From the NCBI RefSeq assembly GCF_036321535.1, contig NC_087445.1:14570001-14634000 (forward strand): a stretch of DNA of 64,000 nucleotides. Direction: 5' to 3'. A program made the translations under genes and the position numbers. The first letter of the stretch is position 1; every line of letters starts with the position of its first letter. Shown here piece after piece: positions 11,301 through 23,188 of this stretch. The notes under the pieces are model-generated. The model did not search any database and was not told the origin of the DNA. It worked only from the letters and a program-made list of their open reading frames with translations. The DNA is from Camelus dromedarius. Its lineage: Eukaryota.

Positions 11301-13431
11301 TGATTCTGTGTGTTTATCAATTGGGTGAGTAGAGATGGGGAGGAGGGTAACAGGTTGACAAACGCATCAGAACCCCAATAACTGAGGGAAGAACAGTTGT
11401 CCCAGGGGGTGGGGGAGCCATGAAAAGAGGAAGCAGGAAAGGAATGCTGGTTCCCAAAAATAATACAAGAAAAATAAATATTTCTAGAACAAGTGAAAAA
11501 GTAAGAGAATTGGACAGCTTCAACCAGTTGTCAATGATAACATCTGTTTGAATCAGGAGGAAACGTGGTTTACTATTTTGGAGAAGAAAAAAAAGAACAG
11601 GGAGAATGTACCAGGAAGTGAAAGTAAAATAAGCCAAATTAACTTATTCTTGAGCCCACTTAGATCTCCTTCCCCCTGCCCCCCACCCCCACCTCACCTT
11701 GGGTGCTTGAGGTCTGAAATAGGAGACGCGACCCCTGTCCTCAAAGAGTTCCCAGTCTAGCAGTGCAGGGTAGTGAATCTCTCATTTATTGAATGAGAGG
11801 TTGGCACCCACTGGGTGTCGAGCTTTTTGCTGAGAGCTTTGAAAGCATGTTTCATTTAATCCTGCAAGTGCTCTTTGAGGCTAGTCCTAGCAGGCAGAGC
11901 AGAGCAGAGCAGGACTCAGCTCTGCTCAGTTTGGCCACAAGGTCCGGGTTCCCATTACTGGTCTGTGTTGCCTGTCTTAGAAATAAAAGAGGAGAAAGAA
12001 AACAGAGTAAGACAAAAGGGAAGGATCAGCTCCGCCCTTTGTTCACTGAGTGTTGCAACAATTTAGGAAGTTGACTCACGTTCACTCCCTAGGGAAGCCT
12101 GCGATAGATTATTAAGGACAGCCATGTACAGTCTGTGCACGAGGGCAGGTTGGCCACCGCTCCAGAGCAGGACCGAACCTGCCTCTCACTCCAGGGTGGA
12201 CCATGGATCCACCGTCTCTTGTGCTGAGATTCTACAAGGCGACATCCTGACTTACTGACTCCACGGATGACCTTTTTCCTCCAAACGAAGTTCAGATTTC
12301 AAGTCTAAAATTTCCTAAGCCAGGATAAAAATATTATTGTCTTTTCGGGGCCCGGATCCGTTTATCAGCAGTAAATGGAATTCTCAAAGATGACTAATAT
12401 TTCCAATCTAGGAAAACCACTGCCTCTTGGTCACCCCAAATGTCAGAACATAGCTCCCAAAACATAAAACATGAAACTTTTAAGGTAATGTGATTATTTC
12501 TCCTTTTTAATTTTTTTAATTTAAAAATATGTTTATTTTTATAATTGAAAAAAGCCATTTATTAAGAAAAATGCTTCATATGCTAGGATTCATCTAAAGT
12601 TAATCACTTGTCTGCCACCTCTACCATTATGTAGAAAAGATCTAGTGTAGGTGCCAGAAATATGTCAGTGTGACTGTTAGTCTCCTCATCTGAGATTGAG
12701 GCTGGGGTGTCGTTTTTCTTCCTTGTCATCGTCCCCACTGCCTTTTCATGGCTTTTGACCCTTTTCTTTGAGACACCTTCTGGGCAGGGTTTATTCAATG
12801 GCTGGTACAGTGTGGCGTTGCCAGCCTTTAACAGTACATGTGGGACCACTTCTCTGTCTTCTGGAACTCGAGGACTCTGACTCTGTTTTCTTTTCCTTTC
12901 AAAAGTCATTGAAGTCCGGAGTGTCGGCAGTGACCTTTGGTAATGTTTTCACAGCTTACAGAGACTTCCTGACATGTTTTATTAGCTCTTGGAGGTAGCT
13001 AATAAAGCGAGTCTTAGCAAAGCTGCGTAACGTGACCGATTAGAGCCACTTCCAACACTGCCCTGCACCAGTGTTGCCTTGGCGGAGGCTTCAGGCAGGA
13101 TATTTGGCTACCCATCTCCGTCCAGTTCAGCAGGGCACAAGTGATGACTTCTTAAGAAAGGGAGGTCATCCCTGTAGGAAATACAATGAGCAACTTATTC
13201 TGAGAGAGCCTCAAAGCGAGAGCCGCCAGCACATTGAACAGAAATTTCATTGCTCTGGGGATTGAGGAATGGGCAATTCCAGAAAGCTTTTGTTTTCTAT
13301 CTTCATGGAGGTGAAACGTAAGCCAAAGTTGGTCAACTGCCTTTTAAGTGGAAGAAAAGACAAGAAAACCACCCTCCTTTCAAATTTATACATGTTAAGC
13401 TCTCTGTTCTCCTTTTTCTCTTACTGAGAGG

Positions 13432-13830
13432 GGTGGTTTAGCAGATCAGCATGGAGTTTAGGCTCTGGATTTCCACAGACCTAGAATCCTATTATTCCTC
13501 TGCCATTGACCAGCTGGCCGAGTGATCGAGGGCACGTGACCACTTAAGGTGTGGTTTCCTCATAGAGAAAGTGGGGATCATAATCGGAGTGTTCTTATGA
13601 TAACCTTTAATAAAAAGGAATATGAAAACGAATATATGCACATATATGCATGACTAGGACATTGTGCTGTATACTGGAAATTGACACATTGTAGCTGACT
13701 GTACGTTAATTTTAAACATTATAATAATTGGCAGATTATTGTTAGTAATAAAATGGGACAATGCAGGTCAAGTCCTTAGCACAGTGCTGGACACATAAGC
13801 CCTCAAAAAGTGTTAGCTATGAAATTATTT
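13432..13830 (+). mobile_element. MIR split by an L1 fragment (13588-13720)
   Basis: The 5' half ends ggtttcctcatagagaaagtggggatcataat; the 3' half reads taaaatgggacaatgc...cttagcacagtgctggacacataag. Confidence 0.65.
13588..13720 (+). mobile_element. Young L1 3'-terminal fragment inserted in a MIR
   Basis: taacctttaataaaaaggaatatgaaaacgaatatatg...aaattgacacattgtagctgactgtac; MIR sequence continues on both sides. Confidence 0.75.
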
Positions 13831-13924
13831 TATTAAATTCTTTGAAGGGTTATGTATGAGTTGTTGCAACAGTATTTATCTGTGTGTCTCCTTCCACTTA
13901 AATCCATCATTTTGATCCACCTAC

Positions 13925-13967
13925 TTCTCTCTCTCTCTCTCTCTTTCACACACACACACACACACAT
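13925..13967. repeat. Compound (CT)n(CA)n microsatellite
   Basis: ctctctctctctctctctttcacacacacacacacacaca. Confidence 0.9.
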
Positions 13968-15079
13968 ATCTCTGAATGCTTTACAAATTGTCGTGTAGCC
14001 TATATTTGCTTTGGGGAAATAATTTACTCATAAATAGGCATAGTAGAAAAAGCAAAAAGATATTTTAAAGATGCTTGGCAGGGATCTACTCGTACCCCTT
14101 GTGTTTTGTGACAACCTAGGCAGAGAACTGCTATTTGAGATAGTCGGTAACAGTCAGTTCCCAAGGAGCTGTCTAATGTGAAGCTCCCTCAGAATCAAAA
14201 ACAAGAGATAAAAAGGGGTGGGGGGGGCGGAGAATAATTAGTGAAGCCGGCCTTCTCCCTCCTTTTTATTTAAAAAGTGAGTCTTTATCTAAAGTTTTTT
14301 TACCTCACTCATACAAGATTCTTGGTGATCTGCACAGCAGTAAGAAGGAAGTAAGAAGGACCAGAGGAGGACAGCTTCGAGTCCCTTCCATGTGACAGCT
14401 GACCATGTCAGGTTGTTAATGGTCACAGTGGTGATTGTCTGTGTTTTATAGATAAGCAAAGACAAATCGAGTGACACCCAGATCACACAGCTAGCGAGGA
14501 GCAGAGCTTACAGTTGATATTTGTCTTTTGAACCCTGGTCTCTCCACTACCTGAGAGCTTCCCAGGTGTCAGTGCCGTAGCCCGCGATCCCTGTGACAAA
14601 ACGAGAATGAGGAAAACAAGGACATCATATCAAATGCCTCGTACTTATTCCTAAATTTATTCTATGTCAAAGACTGTCCTTTATTCTGAGATGATGTCTT
14701 TCCTGCTTATTTCTTTTTGGGTGTTAAAATGCCTTTTCTCTTATGAAATTATAGAGTTGGCAAGGCTTTTTAAATTGCCCTTATTGAGAAAATAAAGGAG
14801 ACAATTTATGTTGAACCCCACATTGCCCAATTTTTAAAATTTCGCTGGATTTTGAAACCCAGAAGTTTAATTACAACGTTTTGCTTCTCTTAAATCCTGC
14901 ACATGCTTTAAACACCCCTGTGTCCACCCTGTGATACTCCTCATAGTCTGTGAGCCTAATATGTGATAATGGCCTCTATTTCTCATCAAGCTATAGTGAT
15001 GTTCAAGAATTACCTGCTCCCAGGTATGATAAAGGACTGTTTTCCTTGTTTCTTTGTTCAGATTCTACCCAAAACGGTT

Positions 15080-15250
15080 TCAATTAAGAATTATTTGGGA
15101 AACATTAAAATTTCAGATTCCAAAGCCCTGCCCTCAGAGGTTGATTCAGTAGTACTGGGGGTGGGGTGTGGGGACCCAAAGTTGAGTTTTTAGCAGCCTT
15201 TGAGGGGACGCTGATTCTGCTCATCTGGGAATAATACTTTCAGGAACTCT
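15080..15250 (+). mobile_element. MER5-like, degraded
   Basis: cagattccaaagccctgccctcagaggttgattcagtagtactgggggtgggg. Confidence 0.5.
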
Positions 15251-16371
15251 CACATAAAGGGACTGGATCATATGAAAGTGTCTCTTCCCTGCACTGAGAG
15301 CTCTTTGTTCTTTCCATAGAGAAATGGCATCATGTCAACCTCAATTTTGTGAATTATATGAGATTTCTACATCCATTTCCGATTAAAATATTGGAGAAGA
15401 ACCATCTGATTTGCTTCAAGCACTTCCTTCCAAAATCAATTTAAGCAAAATTAATGTTTAAAAAAAAAAGACTCATTTCCTAAATCTGAGATCACTTTTA
15501 TACTTAACTAAACATATGATACCTCCAAGCTGAATCCTGGGCCCGTTGGGAAAGTCTCCATCCTGTGTGTGACATCAGTCAGTTTCCATGGAAGTGGAGG
15601 CTCTGCTGTAAATTCCACCTCCATGCAGATTTCCCTTCAGTGCAAACCAACTGAGAAACTTTTTTTTTTTTTTTGGATCACACTCAGAGAGTATATTCAG
15701 TGTAAACTTACTTTTATTAAAATACTTTCATAATTGATGGCTTCCAAATGTTTTGTTGCCATCCCATTTTTCATATGAACAGCATACTTCCAACAATAAC
15801 CTAGCTCATGACATGGAGGGATTACTGACCCAGGAGAGAGGGATCAACTTAGCTGGGGCACAAGTGTAACTTACAGTGTAACTTAAAAAGCCCTGCACCT
15901 TCCCCAGGAGAAATTTTATAAGTCCTGCCCACCACATAGCAGCATTCATGTACAAATTTAAACATTCCAGAGGTCAGATATCCTGTCAATATTCAAAATA
16001 GATTATCGTTTAAGAACTGGCTGAGATGGGAGCAGCCCGCAGCAGCAGCTCCGATAAAACATGCTCAGTGTCATCCTGTGAACTGAGTGCATTTTACCGC
16101 AGCTCTCCTCTCCCCAGCCGAGACCTCTTTTAGGAAGGAGTAGGTGTGGGTAAAGGGTCCCTGTTTTCACTTCCCAGCTTCTTCTTTTTCCACGCCTTTG
16201 ACTCACTGATGCCTCAGAACTCCTCCTGGACACCCTCCGGCAGTCCTCCCTTAGCCGGCGTGCTCTGCTTGCTCTTAGCCCTGTATTATCTGTCACGCCC
16301 TGTACACCATATGTTAATGCTCATTGTAGTGAAAGACTCAGCAGTGAGTTCAGGTACCACAATCAGACCAT

Positions 16372-16570
16372 CCTGGATTTAGAGCCCCTCTTTGCCACTT
16401 ACCGTGGGAACTTGAGTGCATGGCATTATGTTACAACTCAGTTTTTTTTATCAAGAAGTGGTAATAATTATCGTGTCTTCTACACAGTGTTCATATGACT
16501 GTTAAATTAGATAATGCTTGTGAAATGTTAACACAATGTGCATAAATAATACTAGGAATTGAATTATTCA
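16372..16570 (+). mobile_element. MIR
   Basis: ctttgccacttacc...ttaaattagataatgcttgtgaaatg. Confidence 0.55.
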
Positions 16571-16829
16571 GATATTATTTAGAGAATGGGTGTACTTGTC
16601 TCTTCCACTTCTATGGCAAGTAACAACTTTGATTTTTTTTTTTTTTAGTAGATGCTTGGAGGGAAGTGTCATAAAAAATTCTGAGGCCATGTCCAGGTGT
16701 AAGGGGGAAGACTGGAGATCAAATACCTATGTCCGCCTCATTCAAATGGTGGAGTGAGGACAGATGCCCCATATTTTCTCTTCCTATCCTCTACTGAAAG
16801 GACTTTAAGGCTGATAATGCATTCAAGCC

Positions 16830-17910
16830 CTTAACATGTTGACCATCTACTATATACCAAGCACTGTAGTACCCATTGAATATACATTAGCAAAACAGAC
16901 ATGGCCCTGGCCTTGTGGGGTTACAGACCAGTGGATGAGCTAGATTAAAAACAAATAACAGAAAATAAAGATAGGAAACAGCTAGTGATAGGGAGTGCTG
17001 TGCAGAAAACCATCAGATTGTGGCTGCAGAGAATTAAAGGTGTAAACAAATCTACATTAGGAAGAGCGATCAGAATAACTACTGGAGAAGGAGGTATGAG
17101 AAGAGAGATGGGAAATGTGTTCCAGGGAGCAAGAGCAGGCTATGTAAGGACCTGAAGTAGAAAAGACCTTAGCATGGTCAAGGAGTTGAAAAGAAGTCCT
17201 TTTGACCAAAGTGTCATTGGAAAGGAGGAAAGTGAACCAGATGAGGTGGGAGAGATAGGCAGGAGTGGATCACATAAAGCGGTGATTCTCAAACTCCAGC
17301 ATCCATCCCAGTCGCCCGGAGAGCTTGTTAAAACCCAGATTGCTGGGCCCCACTCCCAGAGTTCCTAATGCAGTAGGTCCGGGGTGGGGTCTGGGAACTT
17401 GCATTTCTGTACAAGTTTTGGGTGACGCCGATCCTGCTGGTCTGGGGACCACTCTTTGAGAACCTCACATATAGGGTCTGGCATGGCAAAGGGGTTTGAA
17501 TTTTATTTGAAGCATTAGTGGTAAGCTATCAAAGGATGTGAAGAGTCATAACCTTTAATTATTATTTTTTGAATGATGACTCAGACCATTGTGTAGAGAA
17601 TTAGTTAAAACTGTCGAGAATGAAAATGGGGCAGCCATTTAGGAAGTTATCTCCCATGGTCAGGCAAGGGCAGTGGCAGTGGCAAAGAGCAGAGGAAGCT
17701 TTCAAGATGCAGATAGGAGGTGGCAGTGATGGGGTCTGCCTGAAGATGGAGTGTGATGGGCGAGGGAAATAGAAGGGGAGGACGTGGCCTGGACTTCTGG
17801 CTGGAGAAACAGGGAAGGTGGTCAAGGTGTTTACTGAGATGGGGAAGATTGGGGCAGGAGCATGTTTGGGAAGGAGAGGAAAAGAATGAATTGGACATAC
17901 TTTTGACCCG
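16830..17910 (-). mobile_element. Long L2 fragment interrupted by MER5A
   Basis: Typical antisense L2 text, which resumes across the MER5A (ggcaggagtggatcacata|...gggtctggcatggcaaagggg tttgaattttat). Confidence 0.7.
17280..17466 (+). mobile_element. MER5A nested in L2
   Basis: gagcttgttaaaacccagattgctgggccccac...ggggaccactctttgagaacc; TSD acataaag / acatatag. Confidence 0.88.
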
Positions 17911-18216
17911 TTACATTTGAAGAACCATCTCTGAAAGCTCAGACCCTAGCATGTGCAGATGCTACGATGCTTGAACTGAAAATATTGAAGGCAGCAGCCT
18001 CCTAGCCAGTGTTAAAAGGAAAACTACCTGGGTGCTTGGGGGCCTAGCCAGCTCCTTGGTCTTCTGTCTCCGGGAACCAGAAGTGCTCCCACACAATAGG
18101 GTAGCATCCCCTGTAAATCATTTTAAAGTAGGTCAGATGCCTTGGGAAACTAGATAAGCTCTTGGGTAGCTGGAGGTTAACACAATATCCAACCAAAGTG
18201 GAAGCTTCTGTGGGGT

Positions 18217-18423
18217 CAAGGTGCTTTTTACCCTAACACAGGGCACTACTGACATTTGGGTTGGATACTTTTTTGCTGGGGCAGGTCGGGGGGGCACTGT
18301 CCTGAGCACTGTAAAGTGTTTAGCAGCATCTCTGGCCTTCCCACCCAATTGTGACAACCGAAAATGCCTCCAGACATTGCCAAATGTCCCTGGTGCAAAA
18401 TCACCCCCAGCTGAGAAGCACTG
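18217..18423 (-). mobile_element. MER20
   Basis: ggcactactgacatttggg...gtgacaaccgaaaatgcctccagacattgccaaatgtccc...gctgagaagcactg. Confidence 0.85.
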
Positions 18424-18719
18424 TCCTAAGAGGACCCTCTTTCAGTGCATTAACCCCTTTCTGATACCCCTAGCCACAAGACAAACTGTATTCAATCCAT
18501 TTAATATACCTCTTTTCTATCCCAGCCTCTCAGAACTCCCTGTCTTTCAGGGTGGCTCTCAATCAATCTGAAATGTTAATACAGGTCATTGGTTAGGGAG
18601 ATGCTATAATGATCTTCTGGAGAGGACATCTCTGGCCTTTCAGTGTTCCTGTAATGTTGCTGATGTGGGGAACTTTCGAGCAGCCTGTAGGGAGAATCTG
18701 ATGAAAATTATGATAATGA

Positions 18720-18940
18720 TAAAGATAACAGTAATAGGAGCTGCTAACATATATGTATAGAACTATGCCATATTCATGGATCTAAATGTTTCAAAATTGT
18801 TAACTCACTTAATCCTCACAGCGACACCGTGACTTTGGTAGTATTATTATCACCTGCATTTTATAGATGAGGAAACTGAGGTGGAGAAACTTAGCCAAGA
18901 TCACACAGATAGTAACAGTTGGGTTCAGACCCAGGAAATC
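18720..18940 (-). mobile_element. MIR
   Basis: cacttaatcctcacagcgacacc...ttttatagatgaggaaactgagg...ccaagatcacacag. Confidence 0.75.
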
Positions 18941-20197
18941 TAACCCTCACCCAAGTCCATCTTCATAACTTAACAGTTTTTCCGAAGGAAGTGGGGAGGG
19001 TATCTGATGGGAAAGAATCTGGGGGCAGGTGGGTATAAGATGACCTGCCTGCTAAAATGTACCAGCTTTCATCTTTATTATTAATTATACTTTTAAACTG
19101 ATAAAGTCTCTTCAGGAGAAAATTTCTGTAGTGTACAGTATTTTAGAAATTATAATTTCCACCAATGATAAATATCTTAAGTAAACTAAGTCATTCATTT
19201 TTTCATTCGTTTACCCCCCTTTCATTCTGTTTAAAGGAGGCATCTAACTTCAGTTTTCTTAGCAAGCACACTTTTTGGCCACAGATTTCATTAAGTCACA
19301 GAGATTCATTTTCATAGGCTTGTGACTTTATTTTTGGGACCCAGAAGCAACTCCACCCCATTTTGCTGCTATTTCCAAATTGCATGGAGAAGCCAACACA
19401 AACATTTCCATCACTGTGGCAACTGCAGGCAGCTGTGAAATTACAGGTGTGCTGATTTAGTAGGGATGAATGCTTATGCTCTTTCCCCGAAACTCCTCCA
19501 GGAGCACATCAATTGCAGAGGGAAATGTGCTTAGATGAAGGATGTAACATGAGACATGAGCTGATTCTTTGACTGCTGCTTTGGCCCCTGGAAAGATAAG
19601 CTCTTGACATTCCCCTTCAAAACATGTTCTGAAATGCAATTCCTGTAGCTAATAAAATATCAGTGGACCTTGGGAGATGGCCTTTAAGGGCCATCAAGAA
19701 TGTGATGACAGTTGGTACAGGGTTACACCTGACCCCCGTTTGTGCTACATTGATAGATTCTGAAATTCCTTCCCAAAGAGCTTCCAGCTAGTGAATTTCT
19801 CCAGAGAAGTTTCTTGCATTAATTCATCCTATGGGGGTTGGGGACAGATGGATGGATGCTCATGCTGTTCATGAGAAGATAAGAGAATCGTCATCCACAC
19901 AGCAGTTGCTTCAATTTGCTTTCGTTTTCATTTTGACAAGCCTTGATTCCAGATTCAGGCGATCAGATGGGTTATGGCTGTGATGGGACATTTCCTTGGG
20001 CTTTGTTGAGCTGTTCCTCTCAGATGTGTCAATAGTAATGATGATGATACTGGAAATGGCTCAGATGTATCTGGTACTTAGCTACTATGTGATCACTTTA
20101 CATGGATAATTTAACCCCTTGATCCCATGAGAGAGGAACAATCCTGCCCCTGCCCTGATTTATGGTTGAGAAAATACAGGTTTAAAGAGAGAAGTCG

Positions 20198-20320
20198 GGG
20201 TTGGGGGAGGGTTTAGCTGTGTGGTAGAGCATGTGCTTAGCATGCACGAGGTCCTGGATTCAAGCCCCAGTACTTCTGTTAAAATAAAGAAAGAAACCTA
20301 ATTACCTCCCCACAAAAAAA

Positions 20321-20344
<24 letters not shown>
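20198..20344 (+). mobile_element. Vic-1-type SINE with TSD and (GA)n expansion
   Basis: tRNA head, cctaattacctcccc, A-tail; TSD agagagaagtcg at 20186-20197 and 20345-20356. Confidence 0.92.
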
Positions 20345-20351
<7 letters not shown>

Positions 20352-21118
20352 AGTCGCCTGCCCCAAGTCACAAGGGAGGCAGCAGGGGGCCAAGATTTAA
20401 ACTTGCACACATTCTTGGGTACCCGATGTGCTGCCTCCTGCGTGTGACCATCACGTACCTAAGGAAACGCAGCCTGTCCCTGTGCTTCTTGCTCCTGTCT
20501 GTACAGCACTTAGGTCTGTACAGCAGTTAGACGTCCGGAGCTTGCAACTGAAAACCTTTTGGGCTCGGAGGCACCCTTGACCTTAACAGTTGGCACCAGA
20601 AGCATCCATACCTCAGGGTGCTCCGGGGCTTATCCCAATGGCTGCCACGGCAAACTGTCAAAGGGAGCAAGTAGGTGCCTGAGGCTGTGCCAGGCCTGGC
20701 CAGCTCATGCTTGAGCTCATGCAGAGCTCTCAGCAAACAATTACTGTAAGTGTGTTTCCTCTGTCAGAACCCATTAGGGCAGTCAGTATTGGCATCTGTC
20801 TTTGCAGGCGTAGTAAGAGCCGGGTTTCTGGACCCGTCCTGCAGGAAGGACCTTCACGTATTCCCAAGAGTTTATAAACATCAGGAAATTGTCTCCCAGC
20901 AGCTCTCCCTGCAGAGAAACACAGAAAACAGATCAAAGTAGAGCTGCGTAATTTGGTGGGGAGATGGGGAGTGAGGGAGAGGGCAGGTGAGCAGGAGAGA
21001 CCCATGCCTCTCGCCTCTCAGCATCTCACCACCACACTCCCCGTCTTGGCCCCTTAGACACCTTTATAACACCTGCAGAATACAGTTTCAAAATCACCAT
21101 CAGTCCCCATCCTGCCCT

Positions 21119-21314
21119 TTTTTTTTTTAATTGAAGTATAGTTGGTATACAACCGTTGTGTTAATTTCTGGTGTACAGCATAGTGATTCAGTTATACATT
21201 TATGTATGTATTCCTTTTCATATTCTTTTTCATTATAGGCTATTATAAGCTATTGAATAGAGTTCCCTGTGCTAAGACCTTGTTGTTTATCTATTTTACA
21301 TATATTAGTTAATA
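21119..21314 (-). mobile_element. Young L1 3' fragment
   Basis: polyT, then aattgaagtatagttg...gttccctgtgct; degenerate TSD ccccatcct[g/a]cc at 21105 and 21315. Confidence 0.85.
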
Positions 21315-22689
21315 CCCCATCCTACCTTCTTTATCTGATTGTCACTATATTGTCACTGTCTCACGGTGCCCGGAACAGCTCCTGACACTCTGGAAGTGAT
21401 GAATACATTTTTTATTGAGTTAACATGAATTGGGGGGGGGAGGGGAATTGTCACTGTGTTTTTGTATGACTTGCTTTGCTTTGAAAAATGTTATGTGAGT
21501 ATAAGAATTCAGGGGAGTGTGGTAAACCCCATGGAGGAAATTCAGCTGGAAAACACCTTCAGGGAAATGTATTCTATAGACTCTCCCTTTTCTTCCCCTC
21601 CCTCTCTTGCTGTCCTGCCCCGTGGCAGGTCTGTGCAACAGTAATTAAACCATCTTGGTTTGATGCTAATTTCTAGGGTGGGATGCCTGTCTCCATCCCT
21701 GAGTGATCTACAGATGCTCATCCCACTGCCTCTTGATCAACCTTCGTATCTCGTGAAACATTGTCTGGCAGAGGGGCTGGAGGCTGGGGGCTGCTGGCTG
21801 AGGACCAGACTCGGCTTCTCTCCTTCACCCAAGCGCCCCTTCCCTGGTACAGGCTGCGCCGTGTGGCCAGAAGGACTCATGTGTTTTGATGCTACTTACT
21901 GGCAGAAGAGTGTGGGGCGCTGTGCTAGGTGGGGCTTGGCAGGCCTGGGGGATGCTTCTGTCCAGCACTCAGATGTGCCAGGGAAATGCTGGAGGGAGGT
22001 GTTGATGGATAGAGCGCTGCTGTGGGCGAGTTCCAGCCCCAAAGCACGTCCGCTCCACTTCCGCTGTTGTTTCCTATGGAAGAATACGTGGCTGCAGACC
22101 AGTCATTTTAATGAGAGTGATTTTACTTGCCAGATGACCAGATTTTTTGTCATCAGTCCAGTGAAGTGTGAGCAGCTAGTTTCCAAGATGAATGGACTGA
22201 GATCATTTGAGCTGTTGAGCTCTGAAAAAACAGGATCTCCCCAGTTCCATTCCTGGAACTAACTCTGAATGCCCACAGAGGTCAGCTGCTGTTCCGAGTC
22301 CTAGCTCGGGCAGGTGTGTGCTCACCATTCATGACAAATGATGGTAGCGTGTTTCTGTGTTTACAGATTTTTAGAAGTCAGTGAACTTAAGGCGTAGTCC
22401 CCTTTTCAACTCTGAACCAGCTCTGTGGTTTTGGCCAAGTTCCTTATTTCTAACTTTTAGGTTTACCTATAAACTTAAAAAATGAGAAGCAGAAGACATA
22501 ATGCCTGGGATGGGGCCTTTATAGTGCAGTGTTTTAGAAATGTGAGTGTTCTTATTTTAGAGGCAAAGACTTGGGCTTCTTTTGGTGGCTTTACCACCCA
22601 CTGGATGAGTTTCTGAAATTTTCTTCCCTGAAAATTGGGAATAATTATCCCTTGCTTGCAAGGACATAAAATTTAATGAGGCATTTCAA

Positions 22690-22910
22690 TATTCCTCAAA
22701 GCTTCTGTTTTACAGAAAAGGGTTCTGTGGCCAAGTAGCTTTAGGAAACACTGTATTAAAAATAAGCAGGTTTCTTTCTCAGGTGCTTATATACACCAGA
22801 AAGTTTCATGGAAAAGGAGAAAGTAGACAGCATTGTATTTAACTTTGATATCCTTTAACTTATTTTTTTAAGGAATATCTAACCATATGAGAACAAACTG
22901 TGGGGAATGC
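22690..22910. mobile_element. Old hAT-Charlie MITE (MER112/113-like; family uncertain)
   Basis: aaaagggttctgtggccaagtagctttaggaaacactg; related to 56130-56365. Confidence 0.45.
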
Positions 22911-23040
22911 AGGACAATATATGTAAATTTAAACTCAGGCTGGCATATGGTAACAAGTATGGGTAATCACAACCATTTACTAGGTGCCCACTATGTTTTG
23001 GGTAATGTACAGTATAAATAACCAATCAAGAGTGCAGTCT

Positions 23041-23188
23041 TGGGGCAAGGGTATAGCTCAGTGGTAGAGTGCATGCTTTGCATGCACGCAGTCCTGGGTT
23101 CAATCCCTAGTGCCTCTGTTAAAATTAAAATAAATAAATAAGTAAATAAACTTAATTACCTCCCCCCTCCAAAAAAACAAAAAAAAAA
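23041..23188 (+). mobile_element. Vic-1-type SINE
   Basis: Full head and tail; TSD aagagtgcagtct (23028-23040) and aagaattcagtct (23189-23201). Confidence 0.92.

Noticed and set aside
21660-22262. 200-aa ORF, the longest in the track
   Set aside because: No recognisable domain, no convincing splice context, and a composition typical of chance ORFs.
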